A stretch of DNA of 48,397 nucleotides from Gemmobacter sp. (GTDB taxonomy: Bacteria > Pseudomonadota > Alphaproteobacteria > Rhodobacterales > Rhodobacteraceae). The DNA is taken from positions 1-48,397 of the forward strand of contig JAUXPG010000229.1 in the NCBI GenBank assembly GCA_030683915.1. The letters are read 5' to 3'. Below, in pieces: positions 36,284 through 45,562 of this stretch. The position numbers and the translations under genes were made by a program. The notes beneath the pieces were generated by a model, which made no database searches, was not told the DNA's origin, and saw nothing but the letters and a program-made list of their open reading frames with translations. Position 1 is the first letter of the stretch. Each line of letters starts with the position of its first letter.

Positions 36284-38803
36284 ATGCCGGTTTTCGCGCT
36301 GTACAATTTCAACGACACGGACACCACCATCCGGGACTCCGCGCTTGGAAATGGCGCGCAGGACGGGCTTTACATGAACGGCGCCGCGGCGTCTGGCGGG
36401 CAGGTGGTGCTCGACGGGATCAATGACTTTGCCAAGATCCTGGTCTCGGACACCTTCCAGATGGATCGCGGCACGCTGGGCCTGCAGTTCACCCAGACGG
36501 CGCATGTTGGCCTTGGGCCGAACACCGTGCTGTCGCGTGACAGCGTGGGCAACGCCGATGGCGGCGGGTTCCGGGTGGACGTTCTGTCGAACGGCGCCAT
36601 CGTGGTCAGCCACGAAACGGCGGTCGAAACCGTGACCTACACCACCGGCCCCGGCTTCATGTCGCCGGGCGACACCATCGAGTTCAGTTATTCGTGGGAC
36701 TTCGGCGGCACCACGGCGGGCAGTCTGGTCATTGGCAACCAGACCACGGGCGGCACCTTCCGGGCCGATGTTCCCAACACGCTGACCATGGATATGGGCA
36801 GCCAGAACCAGAACTGGATTGTCGGCGCCGGTCAGTCCGCCTCGCCGCCTGCGACGCTGGCCGGGATCAACCAGCATTTCAACGGCACCGCCGAGTATCT
36901 GTCGTTCTCGGACACGGTGGATAATGGCAACCTTGCCCCGACCCCGGCCCCCGACTCGGCGACGACCGACGAGGACACCGCCGTCGTGATTGACGTGCTG
37001 GCCAATGACACCGACCCGGATGGCGACGTGTTGACGGTCCTTTCGGCCACCGCGGCCAACGGCACGGTGGCGGTGAACCCGGACGGCACCCTGACCTATA
37101 CCCCGAATGCCAATTTCAACGGCCCGGACACCATCAGCTATACGGTCTCCGACGGCAACGGCGGCACGGCCACATCGACCGTGGCGGTGACCGTGAACCC
37201 GGTCAACGATGCGCCGGTCGCGGTTGACGACGCAGCCTCCACCGCGTTCAACACCCCGGTTGTGATCAACGTGCTGGCGAACGATACGGATGTGGACGGC
37301 GACACACTTGCCGTGCTGGGCACACCGACCACCGCCGATGGCACCGTGGTGGTGAATCCGGACGGCACCATCACCTTTACCCCGGCAGCCGGGTTTATCG
37401 GCACGGCGGTGATCGACTATAGCGTGACCGATGGCAACGGCGGGACGGCATCGGCGCAGGCCCTGGTCGCCGTTGGTGCCCCGCTGCGCGACGGCATCGT
37501 TTACGGCACGGCCGGGGGCGATCTGATCGACCTCGCATATACCGGCGACAACGATGGCGACCGGATCGACGCCACCGACGCGCTGCTCCCGGGTGCGGCA
37601 CCGAATGACGATCTGGTGCTGGCCGGGGCGGGCGACGACACGGTTTTGGCCGGGCTCGGTGACGACTATGTGTCGGGCGATGACGGTGATGACCTGCTTT
37701 ATGGCGAAGATGGCGACGACACCTTGCTGGGCGGGGCAGGCAACGACACGGCCTATGGCGGCTTGGGCAACGACTTCCTTGGTGGGGGTCAGGGGCACGA
37801 CCTGCTGGATGGCGGCGATGGCGACGACGTTCTGAATGGTGGCGGCGGGCGTGACACGCTGTTTGGCGGCGAAGGCAACGATACGCTTCTGGGCGGCAAT
37901 GGCGACGACGTGCTTTCCGGCGGGGCCGGCAGCGACGTGCTGGACGGCGGGGTCGGCAACGACACGCTGTCGGGGGGGACCGGCGCCGACACCCTGGCGG
38001 GCGGCGACGACCGCGATACCTTTGTCAACATCGCGCCGGGCGATCTGATCGACGGCGGCGAGGGTGGCGATGATTTCGACACGCTGGATTTGCGCGGAGC
38101 CGGGCCATTTACCATCGCCTATGACAGCGACAACCGCGAAAACGGCGTCGTCAGCTTCCTTGACGCCGACCGCAACGTGATTGGAACAACCCGCTTCATC
38201 AACATCGAGAATGTCGTGCCCTGCTTTACCCCCGGAACGCTTATTGCCACCCCGCGCGGCGAAGTGCCCGTGGACTCGCTCAAGGTCGGTGACCGCGTGA
38301 TCACCCGTGACAACGGCATTCAGGAAATCCGCTGGGTCGGTCAACGCGAGATGTCGGCGGGCGATTTCGCCATCGCGCCGCATCTGCGCCCGATCATGGT
38401 GCGCAAGGGCGCGTTGGGCAACGGCTTGCCTGAACGCGACATGATGGTCAGCCCGAACCACCGCCTGCTGGTCGCCAACGACCGCACTGCGCTTTATTTC
38501 GACGAACACGAGGTCTTGGTTGCGGCCAAGCATCTGGTGGGGGGGGACGGCATCCGCTCGATCCTGTCGTCGGGCACGACCTACATCCATTTCATGTGCG
38601 ATCGCCACGAGGTCGTGCTGTCGAACGGCGCCTGGACCGAGACGTTCCAGCCCGGCGACCAGACCCTGAAGGGAATGGGAAATGCGCAACGCTCTGAAAT
38701 CTTCGAAATCTTCCCGGAATTGAAGACGCCTGTCGGGGTCGACAGCTATGGCGCCGCGCGCAAGACGCTCAAGCGGCACGAGGCGCTGCTTCTGGTGAAG
38801 TAA
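36284..38803 (+). CDS. RTX/cadherin-like repeat protein with C-terminal Hint (B-type BIL) domain
   Basis: N-terminal beta-rich (LamG-like) region, two DVLANDTD.DGD.L Ig/cadherin-like repeats, many GGxGxD nonamers, Hint start PCFTPGTLIATPRG, VSPNHR, NGAWTETF. Confidence 0.9.
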   Translation: MPVFALYNFNDTDTTIRDSALGNGAQDGLYMNGAAASGGQVVLDGINDFAKILVSDTFQMDRGTLGLQFTQTAHVGLGPNTVLSRDSVGNADGGGFRVDVLSNGAIVVSHETAVETVTYTTGPGFMSPGDTIEFSYSWDFGGTTAGSLVIGNQTTGGTFRADVPNTLTMDMGSQNQNWIVGAGQSASPPATLAGINQHFNGTAEYLSFSDTVDNGNLAPTPAPDSATTDEDTAVVIDVLANDTDPDGDVLTVLSATAANGTVAVNPDGTLTYTPNANFNGPDTISYTVSDGNGGTATSTVAVTVNPVNDAPVAVDDAASTAFNTPVVINVLANDTDVDGDTLAVLGTPTTADGTVVVNPDGTITFTPAAGFIGTAVIDYSVTDGNGGTASAQALVAVGAPLRDGIVYGTAGGDLIDLAYTGDNDGDRIDATDALLPGAAPNDDLVLAGAGDDTVLAGLGDDYVSGDDGDDLLYGEDGDDTLLGGAGNDTAYGGLGNDFLGGGQGHDLLDGGDGDDVLNGGGGRDTLFGGEGNDTLLGGNGDDVLSGGAGSDVLDGGVGNDTLSGGTGADTLAGGDDRDTFVNIAPGDLIDGGEGGDDFDTLDLRGAGPFTIAYDSDNRENGVVSFLDADRNVIGTTRFINIENVVPCFTPGTLIATPRGEVPVDSLKVGDRVITRDNGIQEIRWVGQREMSAGDFAIAPHLRPIMVRKGALGNGLPERDMMVSPNHRLLVANDRTALYFDEHEVLVAAKHLVGGDGIRSILSSGTTYIHFMCDRHEVVLSNGAWTETFQPGDQTLKGMGNAQRSEIFEIFPELKTPVGVDSYGAARKTLKRHEALLLVK

Positions 38804-38819
38804 AAGTTATGCAGCGAAG

Positions 38820-38853
38820 GCGGGGGGCGGCCCTTAGAGGGGTCGGCCCCCGC
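38820..38853. terminator. Hairpin between convergent genes
   Basis: GCGGGGGGCGGCCCT-TAGA-GGGGTCGGCCCCCGC imperfect stem. Confidence 0.5.
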
Positions 38854-38882
38854 ATGTCTGCCCACCGGCGTCTCTGGCGCTG

Positions 38883-39467
38883 TCACGTTTGGCGGGCGCG
38901 CCACGTGGCCCAGTCTTCGGGCGTGTCCAGATCGGTCAGCGCATGCGCTGCGGGCAAGGGCACCAAACGCACCCGCGCTTTGTGACGTGCCAGCACCGCC
39001 CGCGCGCCCTCGTCACCGACCAGCGCCCCAAGCTCTGCCACAAGGTCGGATGGAAACAGCACCGGATGCCCCGGCGTGCCGTCGGCGCCCGCGCCGCGCC
39101 AGATGGCATCGGGCGCGTCACCGTGGGCCTGCAGCACGACGCGCAGATCGTCGGCGTCGATTTCGGGCATGTCCCCCGGCAGAACCATCAGGGCGCCGCC
39201 CATGGCCGCCTTGGCGCCCGCGCGCAGCGAGGCCGCCATCCCCTCGCCTGCGTCGGGAAGGGTGGCGGTCGCAACCCCGAGCCCCGCAAGCACCGTTCCC
39301 CGGTCGGGCCGGTCGGGCCGCAGCGTCACCAGCACCGGCGCTACCGCCGCCGCGATTTCCGCCTGACGGCGCAGCAGCGGCACGCCGCCGACGGGTTCGA
39401 GCAACTTGTCCCCGCCGCGCATCCGTGTGCTTCCGCCTGCCGCGGGGATCAGAATCAGGACTGGCAT
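38883..39467 (-). CDS. MocA/MobA-like nucleotidyltransferase
   Basis: PAAGGSTRMRGGDKLL, GMAASLRAG, GDMP, GHPVLF, GDEGAR, DLDTPED. Confidence 0.88.
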   Translation of the reverse strand: MPVLILIPAAGGSTRMRGGDKLLEPVGGVPLLRRQAEIAAAVAPVLVTLRPDRPDRGTVLAGLGVATATLPDAGEGMAASLRAGAKAAMGGALMVLPGDMPEIDADDLRVVLQAHGDAPDAIWRGAGADGTPGHPVLFPSDLVAELGALVGDEGARAVLARHKARVRLVPLPAAHALTDLDTPEDWATWRARQT

Positions 39468-39557
39468 TCGCGCGCTCCGATCGGGCGGGGGGCCGGTTTC
39501 TTGCACGAAACCGGATCATGCCCTTGGACAGCATGAACCCCCACCCGTCGGGCTGGG

Positions 39558-41978
39558 TCAAGCCCGCATGCGGCCGCCGTCATCCCACAACGGGGCCAGA
39601 TGCACCCGTGCCTGACGGCGTTCGCCAAGAATTTCGATCTCCACCACCAGACCATCCTGCACCGCATCTGCGGGCAGGAAGCCCATTGCAACCGATTTCC
39701 CTGTCCAATGGCTGAACCCGCCGCTGGTGCAATAACCCACCACCGCGCCGTTCAGCCAGATCGGTTCCCACGCGACCACATCGGCATCGCCCGCATCGAC
39801 GACAAAAGACACCAGCCGGCGTTTCGGCCCTGACGCCTTTTCCGCCACCGCTGCCGCCTTGCCGATCCAGTCGGCATCCTTGTTCCAGCGGATGAAACGG
39901 TCCAGCCCGGTTTCGGCCGGCGTATAGTCGGGGCTGAACTCGCGCCCCCACGACCCGAACCATTTGTCCAGCCGCAGGGACATCATGGCGCGCATGCCGA
40001 AGGGGCGCACCCCAAGGTCCTTGCCCGCTTCGGTCAGCACGTCCCACAGATGGCGCACCGACATGTGGTCGGTGAAGATCTCATAACCCAGATCGGCGGT
40101 GTAGCTGACGCGCTGCACGATGCAGTTGGCCATGCCCACGGTCATCCGCCGAACGTCCATGAAGCGGAACGCCTCGGCCGAAACATCGGCGCGGGTGACG
40201 CGGGCCAGCAGTTCGCGCGCCTTCGGTCCCGCGATCTGGAAGCCCGAGCGCGAATCCGAGATGTTCTCGATACTTACGCCGGGTTCTGCATGCTGGTCGA
40301 ACCAACGGCCATGCCAGCCCTGCGCGCCATAGCTTGCGGTCAGCTGGAACTCGGTCTCCGACAGGCAGGATACGGTGAAATCGCCGATGATCTTGCCCGA
40401 TTCCGCCAGCATCGGCGTCAGCGACAACCGCCCCGGCTTGGGGATCGCGCCTGCCATGATCCGGTCCAGCCAGGCCCGCGCCTTCGGTCCTGTCACACGG
40501 TATTTGCCGAAGTTCTGCACCTCGTTGATGCCGACCCCTTCGCGCACCGCCAGCACTTCCTGCCGCGTCGCTTCCCAGGCGTTGGAGCGCTTGAACGACG
40601 GTTCCTCATAGCGCGCATCGCCGGGTAGGGCGTGGTAGTTGACCACTTCCAGCCCGTACTGCTGACCCCAGACGGCGTTCATGCCGTCAAACACCTCGTA
40701 CATCGGCGTGGTGCGGAAGGGGCGCGCGGCGGGGCGTTCCTCGTTCGGATAGCTCACCGAAAAGCGCATCTGGTAATTCTCGATCACCTTCGGCACGGTG
40801 TAGCCGGGGCTGGTCCAGTTGCCAAACCGCGCGACGTCAAAGCCGCGCGGGTCGCGTTCGACCTCGCCTTCGATCATCCATTGCGCCAGCGCCAGACCCA
40901 TCCCGCCGCCCTGGCTGAAGCCCGCCATGACCGCGCAGGCGGACCAGTAGTTGCGCAGACCCGGAACCGGGCCGATCAGCGGGTTGCCATCGGGGGCAAA
41001 GGTAAAGGGGCCGTGGATCACCCGCTTGACGCCCGAACGTTCCAGCACCGGGAAGCGGCGATAGGCAAAGGCCACCGAATCCTCGATCTTGTCCCACTGT
41101 TCGTTCAGCAGTTCATGGCCAAAGTTCCAAGGGGTCTGGTCAACCGACCACGGCTCGCAGGGTTTTTCATAGAACCCGATGCACAGACCGCGGCCTTCCT
41201 GCCGCAGATAGCTTTCGCCACCGGGGTCCATCACATGCGGGAACTCGCGGCCCCGCTTGAGGAACTCCATGATCTCGGGGATGTCGTCGGTCACCAGATA
41301 CTGGTGTGCCATCGGCAAGAGCGGCAGATAGACGCCTGCCATGGCCCCCACTTCGCGCGCCCAGAGACCGCCCGCGTTCACCAGATGCTCGCAATAGACC
41401 GTGCCTTTTTCCGTCACCACTTCCCAGCCCTCGGGCGTGGGGTTGGTCTCCAGCACGCGGTTGTGCAGCACGATTTCCGCCCCGCCCATCCGCGCCGCCT
41501 TGGCATAGGCGTGGGTGGTACCCGACGGGTCAAGGTGGCCATCCAGCGGGTCCCACAAGGCGCCGATGATGCCTTCAAGGTTCACCATACCGTCGGTGAG
41601 CTTCGCGATTTCCTCAGGTCCCAGAATTTCGGTATCAAGGCCCATGTAGCGATGCTTGGCGCGTTCGGCCTTCAGCATCTCGAACCGCGCCTGATTGTCG
41701 GCCAGCGTGATGCCACCCACATGGTGCAGCCCGCAGGACATGCCGGTGATCGCCTCCAGCTCCTTGTAAAGCCGGATGGTATAGCCTTGCAGCGCGGCCA
41801 TGTTGGTGTCGCCGTTCAGGGTATGAAAGCCCCCGGCGGCATGCCACGTTGACCCCGAGGTCAGGTCCGATCGTTCGATCAGCATGACGTCGGACCAGCC
41901 AAGCTTGGTCAGATGGTACAGCACCGAACAACCGACGACGCCGCCGCCGATGACCACCACGCGGGTATGGGTTTTCAT
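39558..41978 (-). CDS. GcvT-family dimethylglycine dehydrogenase-like oxidoreductase
   Basis: MKTHTRVVVIGGGVVG, GSTWHAAG, GPFTFAPDGNPL, SLRLDKW. AGGAG RBS before 41978. Confidence 0.92.
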   Translation of the reverse strand: MKTHTRVVVIGGGVVGCSVLYHLTKLGWSDVMLIERSDLTSGSTWHAAGGFHTLNGDTNMAALQGYTIRLYKELEAITGMSCGLHHVGGITLADNQARFEMLKAERAKHRYMGLDTEILGPEEIAKLTDGMVNLEGIIGALWDPLDGHLDPSGTTHAYAKAARMGGAEIVLHNRVLETNPTPEGWEVVTEKGTVYCEHLVNAGGLWAREVGAMAGVYLPLLPMAHQYLVTDDIPEIMEFLKRGREFPHVMDPGGESYLRQEGRGLCIGFYEKPCEPWSVDQTPWNFGHELLNEQWDKIEDSVAFAYRRFPVLERSGVKRVIHGPFTFAPDGNPLIGPVPGLRNYWSACAVMAGFSQGGGMGLALAQWMIEGEVERDPRGFDVARFGNWTSPGYTVPKVIENYQMRFSVSYPNEERPAARPFRTTPMYEVFDGMNAVWGQQYGLEVVNYHALPGDARYEEPSFKRSNAWEATRQEVLAVREGVGINEVQNFGKYRVTGPKARAWLDRIMAGAIPKPGRLSLTPMLAESGKIIGDFTVSCLSETEFQLTASYGAQGWHGRWFDQHAEPGVSIENISDSRSGFQIAGPKARELLARVTRADVSAEAFRFMDVRRMTVGMANCIVQRVSYTADLGYEIFTDHMSVRHLWDVLTEAGKDLGVRPFGMRAMMSLRLDKWFGSWGREFSPDYTPAETGLDRFIRWNKDADWIGKAAAVAEKASGPKRRLVSFVVDAGDADVVAWEPIWLNGAVVGYCTSGGFSHWTGKSVAMGFLPADAVQDGLVVEIEILGERRQARVHLAPLWDDGGRMRA

Positions 41979-42314
41979 GAAGACTCTCCTGAGTGTCTGG
42001 CGCGCAGACTCAAGCGGGCGGCGGGCGAAAGCCTTTCCGTTTGCGACATGCCGTGTCGGATACGGGCAAGGGGTGCGGCTCCGGCATCGCCTGCCCCTGA
42101 ACCGTGCTGGCGCAGGCGATGCCCGCCGCCGTATCTTTGTGCCAAACGGGCCACGATTGGTGGCGCCCCCTTGCAACCGCGCGCGTTCCGGGCTAAGCGC
42201 GGCGCACTTCACAGGCACGGGCGGGCCTTTCGGGGGAGACATCCCCGTTTGGTCCACCGGTTGGGGCATCTGCCCTGAATCCCGTGCCAAGGCGCAAACC
42301 GGAAAGGAACCACC

Positions 42315-43070
42315 ATGGCGCTTCCCGAATTTTCCATGCGGCAGCTTCTTGAAGCTGGCGTTCACTACGGCCACCAGACCCAGCGCTGGAACCCGAAGAT
42401 GGGCGAATACATCTACGGTGACCGTAACGGCATCCATATCCTTGACCTGACCCAGACCGTTCCGCTGCTGGATCAGGCGCTCAAGATGGTGCGTGACACC
42501 GTGGCCCGTGGCGGCCGCGTGTTGTTCGTCGGCACCAAGCGTCAGGCGCAAAAGGCCGTGGCAGACGCCGCCGAGAAATCGGCGCAGTTCTACATGAACC
42601 ACCGTTGGCTGGGCGGCACGCTGACCAACTGGCAGACCGTGTCCAAGTCGATCCAGCGTCTCAAGCAGATCGACGAACTGATGGCGCACGGCGCCGAAGG
42701 CCTGACCAAGAAGGAACGCCTGAACCTTGAGCGCGAGCAGGGCAAACTGCAGGCGTCGCTGGGCGGCATCCGTGAAATGGGCGGCGTTCCCGACCTGCTG
42801 TTCGTGATCGACGTGGGCAAGGAAAGCCTTGCCGTGCTGGAAGCCAACAAGCTTGGCATCCCGGTCGTGGCCGTGGTTGACACCAACTGCTCGCCCAAGG
42901 GCGTGACCCACATCATCCCGGGCAACGACGACGCGGCGCGCGCCATCGCGCTTTACTGCGATCTGGCCGCCCGTGCGGCACTTGACGGCATGACCGCGCA
43001 GATGGGTGCCGCCGGCATCGACATCGGCGCCATGGACGAGGCCCCGGCTGAAGAGGCCGTGGAGGCCTGA
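42315..43070 (+). CDS. rpsB: 30S ribosomal protein S2
   Basis: [32 protein letters not shown]. Confidence 0.99.
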   Translation: MALPEFSMRQLLEAGVHYGHQTQRWNPKMGEYIYGDRNGIHILDLTQTVPLLDQALKMVRDTVARGGRVLFVGTKRQAQKAVADAAEKSAQFYMNHRWLGGTLTNWQTVSKSIQRLKQIDELMAHGAEGLTKKERLNLEREQGKLQASLGGIREMGGVPDLLFVIDVGKESLAVLEANKLGIPVVAVVDTNCSPKGVTHIIPGNDDAARAIALYCDLAARAALDGMTAQMGAAGIDIGAMDEAPAEEAVEA

Positions 43071-43095
43071 CGCCACCCGTCACCGGATTGTTGCG

Positions 43096-43116
43096 GGGCG
43101 GGGGTATTCCCCGCCC
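43096..43116 (+). terminator. rpsB-tsf intergenic hairpin
   Basis: GGGCGGGG-GTATT-CCCCGCCC followed by GCTTT. Confidence 0.45.
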
Positions 43117-43154
43117 GCTTTACATGACACCCCCCGATACGAGGAGAAGCCGAC

Positions 43155-44066
43155 ATGACGACGATCACGGCTCAGATGGTCAAGGAACTGCGCGAATCCA
43201 CCGGCGCAGGCATGATGGACGCCAAGAAGGCGCTGACTGAAAACGACGGCAATTTCGAAGCCGCCATCGACTGGCTGCGCACCAAGGGTCTGGCGAAAGC
43301 CGCCAAGAAGGCCGACCGTGTGGCCGCCGAAGGTCTGGTCGGTGTGTCCGTGTCGAACGGGCGCGGCGTTGCCGTCGAAATCAACTCCGAAACCGACTTT
43401 GTTGCCAAGAACGCCGATTTCCAGGCGCTGGTGCGCGATGTCGCCAATGTGGCGCTGACCGTCGGCGACTCGATCGAGGTGGTGAAGGCCGCGCATCTGA
43501 ACGGCAAGACCGTTGACGAAGTGGTGCAGGAAGCCATCGCCCGCATCGGCGAAAACATGACCTTCCGCCGCATGCACCTGCTCGAAGGCAGCACCGTGGT
43601 GTCCTACGTGCACAACGCCGCCAGCGAAGGCATGGGCAAGATCGGCGTGCTGGTCGCGCTGAACGGCCCCGAGGACAAGGCACAGGCCATCGGCAAGCAG
43701 TTCGCCATGCACATCGCCGCGACCGCGCCGCTGTCGCTGTCCGAAGCGACGATGGACCCGGTTCTGGTGGAACGCGAACTGGCCGTGCAGACCGCCAAGG
43801 CGCTGGAAGAAAACGCGACATCGGCCAAGCCGAAGCCCGAACAGGTGATCCACAACAACATCATCCCGGGCCGGATGAAGAAGTTTCTGGCGGAAAACAC
43901 CCTGCTGGGTCAGGCGTTCGTGATCAACCCCGATTTGACCGTCGAACAGGCGGCGAAAGAGGCGGGCGTCGAGATCACCGGCTACGCCCGCGTCGCCGTG
44001 GGCGAAGGCGTGGAAAAGAAGGAAGAGGATTTCGCCGCCGAAGTGGCGAAGATGGTTCAGGGCTGA
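43155..44066 (+). CDS. tsf: Elongation factor Ts
   Basis: [31 protein letters not shown]. Confidence 0.99.
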   Translation: MTTITAQMVKELRESTGAGMMDAKKALTENDGNFEAAIDWLRTKGLAKAAKKADRVAAEGLVGVSVSNGRGVAVEINSETDFVAKNADFQALVRDVANVALTVGDSIEVVKAAHLNGKTVDEVVQEAIARIGENMTFRRMHLLEGSTVVSYVHNAASEGMGKIGVLVALNGPEDKAQAIGKQFAMHIAATAPLSLSEATMDPVLVERELAVQTAKALEENATSAKPKPEQVIHNNIIPGRMKKFLAENTLLGQAFVINPDLTVEQAAKEAGVEITGYARVAVGEGVEKKEEDFAAEVAKMVQG

Positions 44067-44150
44067 TCGCGCCCCGGCAGGGGGCGCCGTTGCGCCCATC
44101 TGCCGGGTGCCGCCTCGCGGCGGCGGGATGTGACGGCGAACCTGTCAGTG

Positions 44151-44190
44151 GAAAAAGAAAACGGAGCGACCGCGAGGCCGCTCCGTTTTC
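44151..44190 (-). terminator. Rho-independent terminator (strongest on minus strand, possibly bidirectional)
   Basis: GAAAACGGAGCG/CGCTCCGTTTTC perfect 12-bp inverted repeat. The minus strand continues TTTTCTTTTTCC. Confidence 0.8.
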
Positions 44191-44347
44191 AATTGCGCCC
44201 CCATTCGGGGATGAGCGGGGCGCGGGCGGGAACCGGGATACTCGACCGGCTGGGGACCCCACCTGAACAACGCGAAAGGAAAAGCACCATAGTCCTGAAC
44301 GGTTGCGGGGAAATCTGCTTCCTTCGTATAGGGTGACCTTGCCACGG
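44151..44347 (-). ncRNA. Candidate ~200-nt sRNA / small-ORF transcript
   Basis: Bounded by a lux-box-like site plus CAAAGT -10-like box upstream and the strong terminator. Contains a 33-codon ORF (44189-44290). Confidence 0.5.
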
Positions 44348-44378
44348 GATGACACTTTGGCACAGTGGGGAATTCCTT

Positions 44379-44398
44379 ACCTGTCAAGTCACCAAGAT
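44379..44398. promoter_or_regulatory. lux-box-like site
   Basis: ACCTGTCAAGTCACCAAGAT: left arm ACCTGT is identical to the V. fischeri lux box and the 20-mer fits NNCT-N12-AGNN. Confidence 0.45.
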
Positions 44399-44634
44399 GC
44401 GATCGCGCGGGCTGTTCGGTACGGCACGGATGATAACGCCGGGCCGATGGACGCAAATTCGCCCGCCGACCCGGCTCCGGTTGCCCGGTTGCACCCATCC
44501 CGGCCTGAAATACTGCCCGTCCGGGTGCTGTTCCCGGCTTTCGCCACCACTCTAGGAACAACGCCAACCTGCCGGTTTACCTTGGGTCAAGAAAGTCAGG
44601 GATACCTGACCCGCTGGTCAAAACTGCGCTGCGC

Positions 44635-45513
44635 TCAACCCCGCTCGGCCTCGCGCGGGAGCGGCACCTGATCGCCTGCAAACAGATGGTTGAACAAGGC
44701 GGCCTTGGCCACCGCATGGGCCGTGGTTTCGACATCCAGCGCCTCACGCGCAAGGCGCAGGTGCTTTTCAACCATCGCGGGCGAAATGCCCATGATGATG
44801 GCAATGTCCTGCGTCGTCTTGCCTTCGGCGACCCATTCCAGCGCCTCGCGCTGGCGCGGGCTGAGCGGGCGGCGCTGCACCGGAAAGGGCATGCCCCGCA
44901 TCCGCAGGTGCATCATCTGGCAAATCGCCATGATTTCGCTGCCCTTGTCAGCCCAAAGCGCGTCAACCTCGTCTTGGGTGACGCCAGCTTTGGCCGAGAG
45001 GCCCATCGCAGCACGGCTGCGGGGCGAAGGGTCGGTGAAGCTGATCGAATACCCCGCCGTCATGCCCGCCCGGCGTGCCATGTCCTGCGCCGCCAGTTCC
45101 TCGGGCGACAGGCGCCCGGCGCGGCGTTCGTTTTCGGCCCAGGCCCAGGAACACGCTCCGGTGTTGTGCATCACCCACCGGAACATCGGGGTCCGCATGT
45201 AGAACCCCATGTCGAGGTAATCGCTCATCACGTTGCGGGGGTGGTTCGACAGGAACACCGCATCCTGAATGTCGCCGATGGAACCGTCGCGATTCGCGCG
45301 GGTGGCGCCATAGTTGACGCGGTCGAAGCCATATTCCTCCAGCGCGGCCAACAGGAGGCTCCAGAGTTCCTCGGGCGTGCGTGCATTGCCGATGCGCTGC
45401 ATATGGGCCAAGGCGTTGCTCAAGTTCGAACCTCCCACCGGCACGTGGACTTGACGGGCAGCCGCGTTTTGCGGCGTGTCCTGACGGTGCAGTCCAAGGC
45501 TTGTCGTTCTCAT
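44635..45513 (-). CDS. LuxR solo regulator (autoinducer-binding domain + HTH)
   Basis: GFDRVNYG, P...W...G ligand domain, LSPRQREALEWVAEGKTTQDIA..VEKHL HTH. AGGAG RBS before 45513. Confidence 0.9.
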   Translation of the reverse strand: MRTTSLGLHRQDTPQNAAARQVHVPVGGSNLSNALAHMQRIGNARTPEELWSLLLAALEEYGFDRVNYGATRANRDGSIGDIQDAVFLSNHPRNVMSDYLDMGFYMRTPMFRWVMHNTGACSWAWAENERRAGRLSPEELAAQDMARRAGMTAGYSISFTDPSPRSRAAMGLSAKAGVTQDEVDALWADKGSEIMAICQMMHLRMRGMPFPVQRRPLSPRQREALEWVAEGKTTQDIAIIMGISPAMVEKHLRLAREALDVETTAHAVAKAALFNHLFAGDQVPLPREAERG

Positions 45514-45562
45514 CCCGTTTCTCCTAATACAGGGATGAAGCCGCCCCTGTCCATGCGCGGCG

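Noticed and set aside
37610-38080. 27-bp periodic repeats as a possible CRISPR or tandem array
   Set aside because: They are in-frame RTX GGxGxD nonamers, with no constant repeat/spacer structure and no cas genes.
36146-38779. 877-aa antisense ORF, and similar long ORFs such as 1226-3259, 13251-15500, 19038-20714 and 27080-28594
   Set aside because: Shadow frames of real genes in high-GC DNA, with Arg/Gly/His-rich composition and no motifs.
35468-38880. Genomic island integrated at tRNA-Leu (or at tRNA-His)
   Set aside because: No integrase, and no duplicated tRNA 3' end was found by eye. The Hint gene looks host-like in composition.
42200-42314. Structured rpsB leader
   Set aside because: An S2 autoregulatory leader is expected here, but I could not define its boundaries or fold reliably, and it would not be novel.
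39558-43076. Apparent 1172-aa GcvT protein (also the 910-aa GcvT and 568-aa TrkA calls)
   Set aside because: The N-terminal extensions overlap rpsB or other genes. True starts with family N-termini are at 41978, 11072 and 4429, so these are not fusions.
44145-44567. 140-aa and 126-aa ORFs in the tsf-luxR gap
   Set aside because: They run into or through the strong terminator and show no recognisable domain. The short transcript model fits the signals better.
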